From the NCBI GenBank assembly GCA_045105515.1, contig JBGCDR010000064.1, positions 1,460-65,459 on the forward strand: a stretch of DNA of 64,000 nucleotides. Reading direction: 5' to 3'. Below the pieces are notes generated by a model. That model had not been told where the DNA came from. It searched no databases and saw only the letters and a list, made by a program, of their open reading frames with translations. The position numbers and the translations under genes are program-made. Numbering within the stretch: the first letter of the stretch is position 1; each line of letters starts with the position of its first letter. Below are positions 37,052 to 46,259 of this stretch, in pieces. This stretch comes from Oligoflexales bacterium (GTDB lineage: Bacteria; Bdellovibrionota_B; Oligoflexia; Oligoflexales; Bog-1112).

Positions 37052-37246
37052 GTGGAATCAGAACTTCAGGATGAAGGTGGCAACATCTATGATCTTAAGG
37101 AGATGTTAAGACATTCTGCGGTAAAGATGACTGAACGGTACCACCATATGGACCCAAATCATTTGACAGGGAAAAATGACGTACTGGACTTTGGTTCTCC
37201 GTCTAAAAGGCATTATGCCAAAGTCATTTCACTTCAAGATCGGTAG
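37052..37246 (+). pseudogene. tyrosine recombinase (phage-type integrase) C-terminal stub
   Basis: GNIYDLKEMLRHSAVKMTERYHHM matches the integrase C-terminal box (L-G-H-S-x-x-x-M-T-x-R-Y with the catalytic Tyr). Only about 60 codons remain and there is no upstream catalytic core. Confidence 0.7.
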
Positions 37247-37339
37247 TGGTGGTTCCCGGACTTACTGTTTGAGTGCTGTCCAATGGTGCTGCCCGATTTT
37301 AACAAAAACATATTTATTCAATGAATACAACAAATTAAA

Positions 37340-37364
37340 TGGTAGGGAACGCGGGAATCGAACC
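37340..37364 (-). other. tRNA 3'-end fragment (T-loop, T-stem 3' strand, acceptor 3' strand, CCA): att-type junction
   Basis: The reverse complement reads GGTTCGATTCCCGCGTTCCCTACCA. This breaks down as GG, TTCGATT loop, CCCGC, acceptor GTTCCCT, A, CCA. The 5' T-stem partner GCGGG and the acceptor 5' strand AGGGAAC are absent upstream, so it is not a complete tRNA. Confidence 0.7.
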
Positions 37365-37395
37365 TATGTAATCATTCCTGAAATTCTTCGTAAAC

Positions 37396-38388
37396 TTATT
37401 TGTCTTTGGACAATTGAAGATGCATAGCCACCTGATGGATATTCATCATAAACAAACCAACCAACCCAAGACGGAAAAGAACCTTCAACCAACCCACATG
37501 GTCAAAACCACTACTACGGTCCAAAATATGATTTTTAAATTTAGCAAACTCTTTTTGTGCTGCCGAATACCCCCCCCAAGCAGGATCTAAATGTTTTTTC
37601 TTAAACCAAGCATTTTGAAAAATCTTATCACCAGGATTCTCATATCTTTCTTTTAATTCTTGATAATCATCCTTTGCCCGTTGAATATTCTCAAGATACC
37701 AATTTTTTTGCTGCACAATTTCAGGACTAGATACCTTAGCATTTGCTTCATCTGAAAAAGTCCCGGAGGCAATAAAATAGGTTTCATAAGCACCTATATA
37801 GATGCAGCAAATCAATGCTAACCAAGAACGCGAGTGTGCATGATATATTGAAAAACCAATCACCATAATGATGCCTGTAAAAGCCACCAATTCTGGTGAA
37901 TCAAACCCACTTGCTTTGTATAAACTGATAGACTGCAGCCACAATAAATAGCCTACTATCATAGCGGAGAGCATAAGGAAAATTTGCTTAACATGTTTTG
38001 ATGCTTCTACTTGAAATCGCTTGATCTTATTTGCATGATATTTTTTTTCAATTCTAAGACCTCCCATCTTTGAACCTGGTTTATCTATTTCTTCTTGCTG
38101 AGGAGTACTACTAGCCGCCGGCGGGGGATATAGTATGAAATCATTTGGTCTCTTTAACTTTGATTTTCTATCGTATCCCTTCTGGCGAAGTGCCTTCAAG
38201 CTGCGCTTTTGATCAGAGTTTAGCTCATCTGATCTTAGATAATTAGCCAGCAGCTCCATGAACGAATCCAGATCTGACAGATCTCTGATCTTCTCAAAAT
38301 TAGATTTCAGATACTCCTCCAGATCTGGAAAATTTATAAATTCAGATTCCAGACCCTCACTACCCGGCACCAGATGAATTCCAGACAT
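37396..38388 (-). CDS. hypothetical membrane protein (330 aa, about 4 TM helices)
   Basis: GGAG RBS. Soluble N-terminus, hydrophobic helices (IFLMLSAMIVGYLLWL, LVAFTGIIMVIGFSIY, LALICCIYIGAY, VLFRLGLVGLFMM). No known domain. Confidence 0.55.
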   Translation of the reverse strand: MSGIHLVPGSEGLESEFINFPDLEEYLKSNFEKIRDLSDLDSFMELLANYLRSDELNSDQKRSLKALRQKGYDRKSKLKRPNDFILYPPPAASSTPQQEEIDKPGSKMGGLRIEKKYHANKIKRFQVEASKHVKQIFLMLSAMIVGYLLWLQSISLYKASGFDSPELVAFTGIIMVIGFSIYHAHSRSWLALICCIYIGAYETYFIASGTFSDEANAKVSSPEIVQQKNWYLENIQRAKDDYQELKERYENPGDKIFQNAWFKKKHLDPAWGGYSAAQKEFAKFKNHILDRSSGFDHVGWLKVLFRLGLVGLFMMNIHQVAMHLQLSKDK

Positions 38389-38562
38389 TCTCTAAGCTCC
38401 TAATCTGATTGATAATCAGATCTGACAGATTAAACAGACTATCAGATACTCCTGAATTAATTATACCCATATTGGGTATATTATCTCAAGTTTTCTGGCT
38501 GGATGGTCTCAGTAAAAATCGATATAATCTAAGAAGCAACCGACGGTTAAGAAGAGGGAAAT

Positions 38563-38793
38563 ATGACAGAAAAGCGCTCCGCTGGCAGACCCGTAGAAGC
38601 TCCCGCACCCTGGGGACCTTTATTTGAGAAGGTTGGGGGTCATCACAAATTAGCTAAGAAACTTGGTGTCGGCAAATCTACCATAGGCCGGTGGGCGAGT
38701 GGAAAAAGCCGTATACCAGAACTTGGACGTAAAGAACTTAAGCGGCTTTGCAAATATTATGAAATCAATGAAGGCAGTGAAATTTTCCAGTAA
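38563..38793 (+). CDS. small HTH DNA-binding protein (76 aa)
   Basis: HKLAKKLGVGKSTIGRWASGKSRIP is a helix-turn-helix. AGAGGGAA RBS. It is flanked on both sides by CTGACAG-type repeats. Confidence 0.65.
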   Translation: MTEKRSAGRPVEAPAPWGPLFEKVGGHHKLAKKLGVGKSTIGRWASGKSRIPELGRKELKRLCKYYEINEGSEIFQ

Positions 38794-38800
38794 GCCCACC

Positions 38801-39017
38801 TGCAAAAATGGACTGACAGAACTGACAAAACTCCTAAATCCCGTTAATAGAATGGCTTCTGGCAATATCTCAAAATCTTGGCAAGAACTGACAGAACTCA
38901 TAGCGACTAATCTGGACAGAGTTCTGTCAGTAAGTGTCGGGATTTCCAGATTCCCCCAGATCTACTGTCCCACTTAGCTTTCAGAAGTTTTGTCAGTTCT
39001 GTCAGTCCATTTTTGCA
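38801..39017. repeat. nested palindrome / iteron region (candidate origin or operator)
   Basis: Perfect 32-nt inverted repeat: TGCAAAAATGGACTGACAGAACTGACAAAACT (38801-38832) against 38986-39017. Inner 13-nt inverted repeat: ACTGACAGAACTC (38887-38899) against GAGTTCTGTCAGT (38919-38931). Both share the same symmetry centre (about 38909). Confidence 0.85.
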
Positions 39018-39246
39018 AATAGTGATTTAAGTTTGGCTAGAAAATTTTTTTGATTGAAAACAAAACTACAGCCTGAATTATCTTACTTAGATGAATCACC
39101 CCATAATTACTTTTCTTTTCTTGGATGGATATCTCTATCCAAAATTACCGGCCAGCCTGGAAGCTTGACTCCATAAAAGTCTGGAGCGAGCATCGACACC
39201 AGTATCCATGGAAATTTTTCTTAAACCCTTGTTATTGGAGGACTTT

Positions 39247-41544
39247 ATGGAGCATACCACCAGTGATCGTCTAAGGTGGGCAGTACAATTTGCTGCAAAG
39301 GGCTGGCCAGTCATACCACTTCACTACCCTAAAAACGCCACGGAGTGTAGTTGCGGCAAACCTCACTGCCCAAGCTTTGCCAAGCATCCTATGACTAAAA
39401 ATGGTCTCAAGAATGCGACGAAAGCCCAATCAGCAATCATGACTTGGTGGCGTGAGGTACCTAATGCAAACATCGGCATTTTGACAGGAAAGGAGTCAGG
39501 TTTAGTTGTATTAGATATTGATCCCAGACATGGAGGAAATGAATCTCTTGAAGCCTTAGTTGCAGAATATGGAGAATTACCCAGCACCCTAAGAGTAAAG
39601 ACTGGCGGCAATGGTTGGCACTATTACTTTACCCATCCTGGCGGAAAGCTAACTAACAAGGCAAACATTCGACCAGGCATCGATATTAGAGGTGATGGTG
39701 GCTATGTGGTAGCTCCACCAAGTTTACATGCTAGCCAAAACTCTTACACCTGGGCTTCAGAAGCTAAAAACATTTCGGAGTTACCTACTTGGCTGCTGGA
39801 GCTTATAAATGGCAAATCCATAGCTTATGAGACCAAAAACGCAGAAACAAGTTTTGAAGCTGGCTCTCGAAATGCTTCGCTTACAAGTATCGCTGGTTTT
39901 TTGCAAAATAAGGGACTCGAAACAAGCAAAATACAGTCTGCATTGGAGGCACTTAACTGTTCACTTTGCTCACCTCCGCTATCTGAGCTAGAGGTAAAAC
40001 AAATCTGTAAAAGTGTTGACCGATATGCCGAAGAACAGTGGAACAATCCCAAACTCCTTCCTTCTAAGAATATAGCTCCTAGCTTGGATCAAAATATGCT
40101 TCCAGAAGCACTTAGAGATTGGTGCGTTGATATTTCTGAACGAATGCAAGTGTGCCTAGAGTTCGTCGCTGGTCCTGCTATCGTTGCATTATCCTCAATG
40201 ATTGGCAGAAAAATAGTAATACATCCTAAAGTAAATGATGACTGGAAGGTGATCTGCAATCTCTGGGGTGCACTCATTGCTCCCCCCAGTTCGAAAAAAA
40301 CACCAGCACTTTCTGCAGTTCTGAAGCCAATACAAAGCCTAGCTGTGAAAGCTAGAGAGGAGTACGTGGAGCTAACAAAAAAAATCGAAGCACAAAAGTC
40401 TGTAGCAAAAGCCGAAATTTCAGCGCTTAAAGATGCTTTGAAGTCCGCAGTAAAAAGTGGAAATGAGTCGGTTGTTTCGGAAAAAAAAGCGACTTTGGAG
40501 AAAGCGATTAAGCAGTTTGAAGAAAGCTATGTGAGCATCGAAAAGCGCTATATGGTTAATGATCCAACTATAGAGAAGGTACTGGCCATTCTCGAAGAGA
40601 ACCCTCAAGGCCTTTTACTTTACCGAGATGAACTGAGTGGTTGGCTCGAAACCATGTATAAAAACGGGCGTGAGGGAGATCGGGAGTTTTTCCTAGAATC
40701 CTGGAATGGTGATTCTCCTTACAGCATGGATCGGATCAGCAGGGGTACCGTTTTCGTAGAAGGCCTTTGTCTATCAGTTATTGGAGGGCTACAGCCCACA
40801 AAGTTTAACGCCTACGTTTCTGCGATCACGAAGGGAGGTAAAAGTGACGATGGGTTTTTACAGCGTTTTCAAATGCTAATTTACCCAGAAAAGCCAAAAG
40901 CTTGGAAGCATATTGACAGAAGGCCGAATCAGGATGCGGCAAAGTGGGTAGAGCAGTTGTTTGAGAGAATAGCTCAACTTCCCTTTCCAAAAGGTAATAC
41001 CTCAGCAACTGATAGGATTTCAGTTCGCTTTGCACCTGATGCACAATTTATTGCAGACAAATGGTATGCAGAGCTTGAGAAGCGCTTGTTCACGGAAACA
41101 ATGTCTCCAATCATGGAAGGCCATCTTTCTAAGTTTCGATCCCTAATGCCAAGTTTAGCTTTGATTTTTGAAGTTACCGAGCTCCTTGGTAAAACTGCCA
41201 ATGGCGTACCAAGCAGCATATCAGCCGAATCCACTAATCTCGCAATTAGATGGTGCGAATTCCTAGAGCTTCATGCAATCAAAGCTTATGGCGAGCATCT
41301 CAACCCCGCATTAGCTTCAGCAAGGGTCCTATACAAAAAAATAACATCAGGAGCTGTGAAGGATTATGATCGCTGTCGAGATCTCTACCGTCATGGCTGG
41401 AAAGGCTTATCAAATATGAAAGATCTTGAAGGAGCTATTGGAGTTCTTAAAACCTATAGGTGGATCAGAGTTGAGATGATTTCTCCGCCAACCGGGCGTA
41501 GGTTTGAGGTGCTCAGACTCCATCCTAGTTTGAGAGTTGTGTAA
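39247..41544 (+). CDS. bifunctional primase-polymerase (Prim-Pol) + PriCT-like + DUF3987-type helicase-like domain protein
   Basis: GWPVIPLHYP...ANIGILTGKESGLVVLDIDPRHGG...TGGNGWHYYF...GIDIRGDGGYVVAPPS is the Prim-Pol catalytic pattern. GSRNASLTSIAGFL is PriCT-like. The C-terminal half is as in DUF3987 proteins of ICEs and phages. Start trimmed to ATG 39247 after GGAGGA. Confidence 0.8.
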   Translation: MEHTTSDRLRWAVQFAAKGWPVIPLHYPKNATECSCGKPHCPSFAKHPMTKNGLKNATKAQSAIMTWWREVPNANIGILTGKESGLVVLDIDPRHGGNESLEALVAEYGELPSTLRVKTGGNGWHYYFTHPGGKLTNKANIRPGIDIRGDGGYVVAPPSLHASQNSYTWASEAKNISELPTWLLELINGKSIAYETKNAETSFEAGSRNASLTSIAGFLQNKGLETSKIQSALEALNCSLCSPPLSELEVKQICKSVDRYAEEQWNNPKLLPSKNIAPSLDQNMLPEALRDWCVDISERMQVCLEFVAGPAIVALSSMIGRKIVIHPKVNDDWKVICNLWGALIAPPSSKKTPALSAVLKPIQSLAVKAREEYVELTKKIEAQKSVAKAEISALKDALKSAVKSGNESVVSEKKATLEKAIKQFEESYVSIEKRYMVNDPTIEKVLAILEENPQGLLLYRDELSGWLETMYKNGREGDREFFLESWNGDSPYSMDRISRGTVFVEGLCLSVIGGLQPTKFNAYVSAITKGGKSDDGFLQRFQMLIYPEKPKAWKHIDRRPNQDAAKWVEQLFERIAQLPFPKGNTSATDRISVRFAPDAQFIADKWYAELEKRLFTETMSPIMEGHLSKFRSLMPSLALIFEVTELLGKTANGVPSSISAESTNLAIRWCEFLELHAIKAYGEHLNPALASARVLYKKITSGAVKDYDRCRDLYRHGWKGLSNMKDLEGAIGVLKTYRWIRVEMISPPTGRRFEVLRLHPSLRVV

Positions 41545-41601
41545 GGCAAAGCCGTTATCAATGCCTTACACATCATACCAACTAAATCGTAACATAATTT
41601 A

Positions 41602-41626
41602 AGGGCTTGACCAGCCCTCTTTTTAT
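41602..41626 (+). terminator. intrinsic terminator after the primase gene
   Basis: AGGGCT (41602-41607), loop TGACC, AGCCCT (41613-41618), then CTTTTTAT. A second hairpin, GTGTAAGGCA / TGCCTTACAC (about 41539-41571), spans the stop codon. Confidence 0.6.
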
Positions 41627-41712
41627 TCCTTCAAATTCTAATGCCCGTTCACAAAAAGAAATTTTAGACCATGAAACTACTCGTGACTGAACAAATCATA
41701 AAAATAATTTTT

Positions 41713-42582
41713 TTAGTTTTTATGCACCTGAAACTTAGACAACTCAAGCTTATAATCAAACTTATCGTTTTCAGGTTCCTGTTTTTTGGAAGACATACAC
41801 AAAGGATCTGTAATTACTTCAATAGGAGATTTCAATCTAATAAATTTAGTTTTGGCTCCCTCATTCAAAGAAATCTTTTTATTGTCATCAGATTTAAATG
41901 TAATCTGAGTGCAAGCTAATTCACACTCATAATTGTCAAAAATGTCTAGTTTTACTTGGAAGCTAACATGCATACCAGGCGTAGAGCCCCCAATTGATTG
42001 CAATATTCGGTATTTAATAGCATTATTTTCAGTTAAAGTAATGGATTTAGTATCTGGAATTTTATAACTGACATCTGTGATCTGAACAGCGATATCATAA
42101 TTGCTACTACTATGGCCCGAATTTCTATCTAAATGAATTGACACAGGGCCAACAAGGGAGTGGAAAGAAACATCCTCATCACCTCTATAAACCCAAGATG
42201 CGCCATTTCCATCTAAAATTTTAATCCATGGATTATAGGCCCAATTCTCTGCTGAGACCTTCATTTTAAATGAAACTAAACTGTTATTAAACCAGCTCTC
42301 ATCGCCTAATTTTTTACTTACTGGATTGTCCCCATATGCTGCTTTTAAATAAACATCTGCACCAGGAACAACTAGGTCATCGGGTCTCGAGTGCTCTAAG
42401 AATGGACAAATATTATTTGATAGGATGTCATCTTCAGTGACAGATTCTCTCGTACCATCACTGCACACGACACTATATCGATCATCTCCATCATAAACTA
42501 TCGACGTTGAATCAGGTAGAGACATAGACATAACCGTAGATGCAAGGAGAGATAAGGTAAAAAGAAGTCCGTATATATTCAT
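41713..42582 (-). CDS. secreted hypothetical protein (289 aa)
   Basis: Signal peptide MNIYGLLFTLSLLASTVMSMS. GAGGAA RBS. Composition looks beta-rich. No known domain. Confidence 0.55.
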   Translation of the reverse strand: MNIYGLLFTLSLLASTVMSMSLPDSTSIVYDGDDRYSVVCSDGTRESVTEDDILSNNICPFLEHSRPDDLVVPGADVYLKAAYGDNPVSKKLGDESWFNNSLVSFKMKVSAENWAYNPWIKILDGNGASWVYRGDEDVSFHSLVGPVSIHLDRNSGHSSSNYDIAVQITDVSYKIPDTKSITLTENNAIKYRILQSIGGSTPGMHVSFQVKLDIFDNYECELACTQITFKSDDNKKISLNEGAKTKFIRLKSPIEVITDPLCMSSKKQEPENDKFDYKLELSKFQVHKN

Positions 42583-42813
42583 GGTTTCCTCATTAGAAAT
42601 AGAATGTTAAGTACAATCAAAATGATATGTGTCTCAAATAAATTTTCCTGTCAAGGTGCTTTTGGATTTGATTTGACCTTTTTCGAAAAAATACTTCGTT
42701 TCTAATTTCTGAGGAGAGCTGCAAGTAACTGCCAACTTTAGCATGCTTCAGCTTTTACGTTTCGCTTTCAAGAAATAAAACATATCAACTTTGCGATTTA
42801 GGATTTATTTTTT

Positions 42814-43545
42814 TTAGCTATATCTTTCTAGAAATCCGTCCACAACTTCATAATACCTCTGAGGTTGCCTCAATCGAATAAAATGATCACTATCTGAAAC
42901 TTCAGCCAATTCAACATGCTTCATATCCTTAAATAGCTGCAGGTCTTCCTCTGTTATTACCCCATTTGGAATCGTAGGATACATCAGCAAGGTAGGTAAA
43001 TCGATCCCCTTGAAAAATCTGTAATAGTCCTCGTCAGTAGACTCTTGTTCTACAGCTTCCAAAGCGCACTTTCTCATGGTCGAACAAACAGAAACACCAT
43101 TTATTTTTAGCTTGGAAAAATTTTGCGCCCAACCAGATTTTAGCTTACGGACCTTTAGTGGGTGATCTACGATGACTAATCCAGAAATTCGCTGAGTTCT
43201 ATACTGCTCCAAATATTCCATCGTATAGATACTTGCTATACTAGTGGCAACAAGTACTACTTTATCACTTTGAATTGTGTTTATCACAAGATCAAGATCC
43301 TGAGCATGGCTTCGGATTGAGTAGCCTGAACTTGGTGTTGAACTTCTTCCTCTTCCTCTAAAACTCATTGCCATGAGGTTGAAACCCTCACCAACCAACT
43401 TGCTCAAACTATTGAAAGACTCAGTGGCGTCTCCAGAAAGCCCTGGAAGAAGAAGTGTGGTGACTTTTTTTGGATCTAAGATAGTTTGAACCACATGGAT
43501 TTTGGTTCCATCATCATGACTGATAAACTTGCTTTCCTTGTGCAT
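42814..43545 (-). CDS. alpha/beta-hydrolase fold protein
   Basis: HVVQTILDP...TLLLPGLSGD is an oxyanion-region-like segment. VVLVATSIASIY sits in the nucleophile-elbow position. DSDHFIRLRQP is the C-terminal His region. Start chosen at ATG 43545 (MHKESKF); the track start is 43578. Confidence 0.6.
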   Translation of the reverse strand: MHKESKFISHDDGTKIHVVQTILDPKKVTTLLLPGLSGDATESFNSLSKLVGEGFNLMAMSFRGRGRSSTPSSGYSIRSHAQDLDLVINTIQSDKVVLVATSIASIYTMEYLEQYRTQRISGLVIVDHPLKVRKLKSGWAQNFSKLKINGVSVCSTMRKCALEAVEQESTDEDYYRFFKGIDLPTLLMYPTIPNGVITEEDLQLFKDMKHVELAEVSDSDHFIRLRQPQRYYEVVDGFLERYS

Positions 43546-44839
43546 TACAATGAATCCCCATAATTGTAGGAAGCTCAACTTCTACTTCAAATAAGCCACA
43601 TTTTTCTTCATAAGAAGCGGATATTTTTCCGTCATGAATTTCTACTATGCTTTTGCATAGGCTAAGGCCCATTCCCGTGCCCTTAGCCTTACTTGTTACC
43701 CCACTTATAAATATTTGTCTTGTATCTATCTGAGTTCCTTGTTCAACCGGATTTTGTATTTTTATAATTACTGAATCATTCTGCTCTTTTATTATAGTAC
43801 GAATGTTATCCTTACTAGGGCTTGACTCCTCAGCATTACCATATAAGTTTTTAAATAATATCTTATAGTTAGTAATATCGCCAAATGTATAAGGTGATCC
43901 TAGTACTTCCACATTTTTAAAACTTTTGGGTATCATTCGCCTTATATCAATTTTCTGCAAATCTCCAGCAAAGTCATTATTAGCAATTTTTCTTAGAGCA
44001 TCTTCCATCTGCGTTAACATAATGCTCGACTGCTCATGAGTCTCTATGAGTGATTTTCTTAGTGCTTCAACGCTATCAAGATGAAGCATCCTTTGAATCT
44101 GGGTATGTTGGTAATAAGAAGGTCTTTTAAGTTCATGCGTATATTGGGTAGACAAGAGCATTCGGTTACGTTCTAACAACAGATTTTTATATTCCTGTAA
44201 TGATGACCATAGATCCTGAAATTCTTTCAGCTCCAAGCTTCTAGGTTCTTCTCCAGTCTGTAAACCTTGCCAAACCTCCTCAATCGGCCCAGCAATATTA
44301 TCTTCAATGCGCCTAAGGAGCTTTCGAGTACCAAATTGGTAACTTACTAGTAGTGAAAATGCTAAGAGCACCATCAACAAAAAAAGATCAGATCTAAAAT
44401 ACTTTGGCCGTAAGGTCCCCCTTACAAAATATTCCTCGTCATTCCATTGTGCTGGTACATAAAATTTTACTTTAAAATTACTTCTCCAATCGAGAAAGCA
44501 ATCGTCTAGTTTATAGTGATTCCAAGAAGATTCAGGCTTGATTTTCGTTACATGTAGATCTTTGACATCTAAGCGTGCACTTAGCTTCTCAATAACTTCG
44601 TTGTGATAGCTTTGATACCGGGATATGCTATAGGTTTCTACAAGAATCCTCGAATTTTCTCCAACATCAGCGCATGTGCGTCTAACAAGGCGCTCCGTTG
44701 AAAATTTCATAGATAACAATGCTACTGCAATACTGATAACTAGCAAGCTTACACCGGTCCAAAGTGCATGCTTCCTAATCTGAGAATGCAAATAACGGCC
44801 TATAGTCGCCGGATTGGTATTATTTTGCCTTTTACCCAT
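43514..44839 (-). CDS. sensor histidine kinase
   Basis: Two TM helices flank a periplasmic segment. H-box THELKRPSYY. HATPase_c G-boxes KAKGTGMGLSLCKSIVEIHDGKI. Confidence 0.8.
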   Translation of the reverse strand: MGKRQNNTNPATIGRYLHSQIRKHALWTGVSLLVISIAVALLSMKFSTERLVRRTCADVGENSRILVETYSISRYQSYHNEVIEKLSARLDVKDLHVTKIKPESSWNHYKLDDCFLDWRSNFKVKFYVPAQWNDEEYFVRGTLRPKYFRSDLFLLMVLLAFSLLVSYQFGTRKLLRRIEDNIAGPIEEVWQGLQTGEEPRSLELKEFQDLWSSLQEYKNLLLERNRMLLSTQYTHELKRPSYYQHTQIQRMLHLDSVEALRKSLIETHEQSSIMLTQMEDALRKIANNDFAGDLQKIDIRRMIPKSFKNVEVLGSPYTFGDITNYKILFKNLYGNAEESSPSKDNIRTIIKEQNDSVIIKIQNPVEQGTQIDTRQIFISGVTSKAKGTGMGLSLCKSIVEIHDGKISASYEEKCGLFEVEVELPTIMGIHCNAQGKQVYQS

Positions 44840-45909
44840 TTTCCTAAAAACACCTCTCGCTCAGGTTTTCCATCAGTGAAAGAATATACCCCTGAAACAC
44901 CTACAGTTTTTCCAGACCTAGCTTTCCTTAAAAACTCATTTCTATCCTTCGAGCTTTCAGCAAGCATCAGAATGTAAGCAATCATATCTCTTAAAACATA
45001 AACAATTGGCTGATTGAGGTCTTCTCCAGTCAAAGCGGATTCTTTGTCCAAGATTTGACTCAGTTCTAAGCGCAGCTTGACTGAGTTTCCGAGACTCTCA
45101 AAATGATCTGAAATAAAATAAAAGTTTTTAGCGTCATCATTTATAGTTGCGCTTAAAATATCCAAGCAATATGTCCATTGGGAATGGACAAGAATATTGA
45201 TCTTGTCTGCTATTTTTCCTTGAGTAAGGCTTTTAACTAAATCTACCTGCTCAAACGCAAAACCAGATAAAAGGATATTGATTTTGTCATAGCCATTAAG
45301 ATTCTTAATTTTATTCTCTATCTTTTTAGAAACATCTTTCTGTTCTGAGATTGTTTCCACTACATTAAATGCTTCTCTAAAAATGCGATCATACTCATAG
45401 TTAGCTAGATATGTCTTTGGCGTTATGAGGATGGAGGGATTTACAAAATCTTTTTGCTTGGCAAGCAATTTCATCTTTTCAGACAAAATATCGAAGGAAT
45501 TCATCATAGAAAATGCATAGTCATTTCTAATGCTCTGCAACGGTGAAACAGGCGTAATATATGGTATTCTATACTTTTCCGCTAATTGAGCTGCTTCATT
45601 TGCTTCCATTGAATAAAGATACCCTACCACAGCCAATGCCTTTTCTTTCTCAGCTATTTTAAAACCTTGAGCAGGGCCAGTATCAAAGCTGGTAAGCAAA
45701 TTAATCTTACTGTTTGGAAAGGTCCTTTTATGAGATTTAAGAGCATGAGCAATAGCAATTTCATACTGCATCTTTATGACTTGGTTTCTCCAAGGATTAT
45801 TAGGTACCAAGCGTTCACCAAGCACTAAAGAAATACCCGAAGCATAGTGGCTTGGTAAAATACAAAGTATTACCAATGTTATTAAGACTTGTTTTGCTCT
45901 TCTATACAT
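44800..45909 (-). CDS. periplasmic ligand-binding protein (type I PBP, LivK/ANF-receptor-like)
   Basis: Signal peptide LITLVILCILPSHYASG. ALAVVGYLYSMEANEAAQLAEKYRIPYITPVSP is typical of type I periplasmic binding folds. It overlaps the neighbouring genes at both ends. Confidence 0.6.
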   Translation of the reverse strand: MYRRAKQVLITLVILCILPSHYASGISLVLGERLVPNNPWRNQVIKMQYEIAIAHALKSHKRTFPNSKINLLTSFDTGPAQGFKIAEKEKALAVVGYLYSMEANEAAQLAEKYRIPYITPVSPLQSIRNDYAFSMMNSFDILSEKMKLLAKQKDFVNPSILITPKTYLANYEYDRIFREAFNVVETISEQKDVSKKIENKIKNLNGYDKINILLSGFAFEQVDLVKSLTQGKIADKINILVHSQWTYCLDILSATINDDAKNFYFISDHFESLGNSVKLRLELSQILDKESALTGEDLNQPIVYVLRDMIAYILMLAESSKDRNEFLRKARSGKTVGVSGVYSFTDGKPEREVFLGKWVKGKIIPIRRL

Positions 45910-46259
45910 TGCTCAATCTCAGGCAGAGTCATCAAACGTTTTGGCAACACTGCATCAATAGGTTCAATAAATTTCTCTGAAAACCGGTCTTGCAAGCTCC
46001 ACAAGACTAACTTCCCCTTGTAATTCAGGTCCTGCCGAATGAAGGAAACAATATCTTTATCATCAGCATCAAAGGTATCAAACCTATAGTCCAAAACGAT
46101 AAGATAAACCCCCTTTAAATCTTCAGGAGAGTTAATTGTCTCAGCAAATTCATCAGGATGTTTAAAAGTTTCGACATCACAATATCTACTTAGAAATTCC
46201 TGGAGACCTTCTCTATAATGCTGTTCATCATCAATAATGATACATTTGCGTCTTCTCAT
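45882..46259 (-). CDS. stand-alone response-regulator receiver domain protein
   Basis: CIIIDDE is the acidic pocket, YLIVLDYRF holds the phospho-acceptor Asp position, and KLVLWS holds the conserved Ser/Thr position. 125 aa with no output domain. Confidence 0.7.
   Translation of the reverse strand: MRRRKCIIIDDEQHYREGLQEFLSRYCDVETFKHPDEFAETINSPEDLKGVYLIVLDYRFDTFDADDKDIVSFIRQDLNYKGKLVLWSLQDRFSEKFIEPIDAVLPKRLMTLPEIEQCIEEQNKS

Noticed and set aside
37176-37427. 83-aa plus-strand ORF spanning the integrase stub end and the tRNA fragment.
   Set aside because: It reads through the tRNA-derived att fragment and overlaps the end of the 37396-38388 gene, with no RBS. The tRNA-fragment interpretation is better supported.
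38650-38977. ORFs 38650-38901 (-), 38699-38977 (+) and 38409-38627 (+) around the palindrome region.
   Set aside because: They overlap each other, the HTH gene and the 32-nt/13-nt inverted repeats. The repeat structure explains the open frames better than coding does.
41671-41919. 82-aa plus-strand ORF. Also 46218-46619 (+), 47111-47428 (-), 44768-44977 (+), 8393-8578 (-), 28976-29170 (-) and 29127-29396 (-).
   Set aside because: They are antisense to, or overlap, better-supported genes, or they sit in promoter regions. They lack an RBS and their translations are low-complexity.
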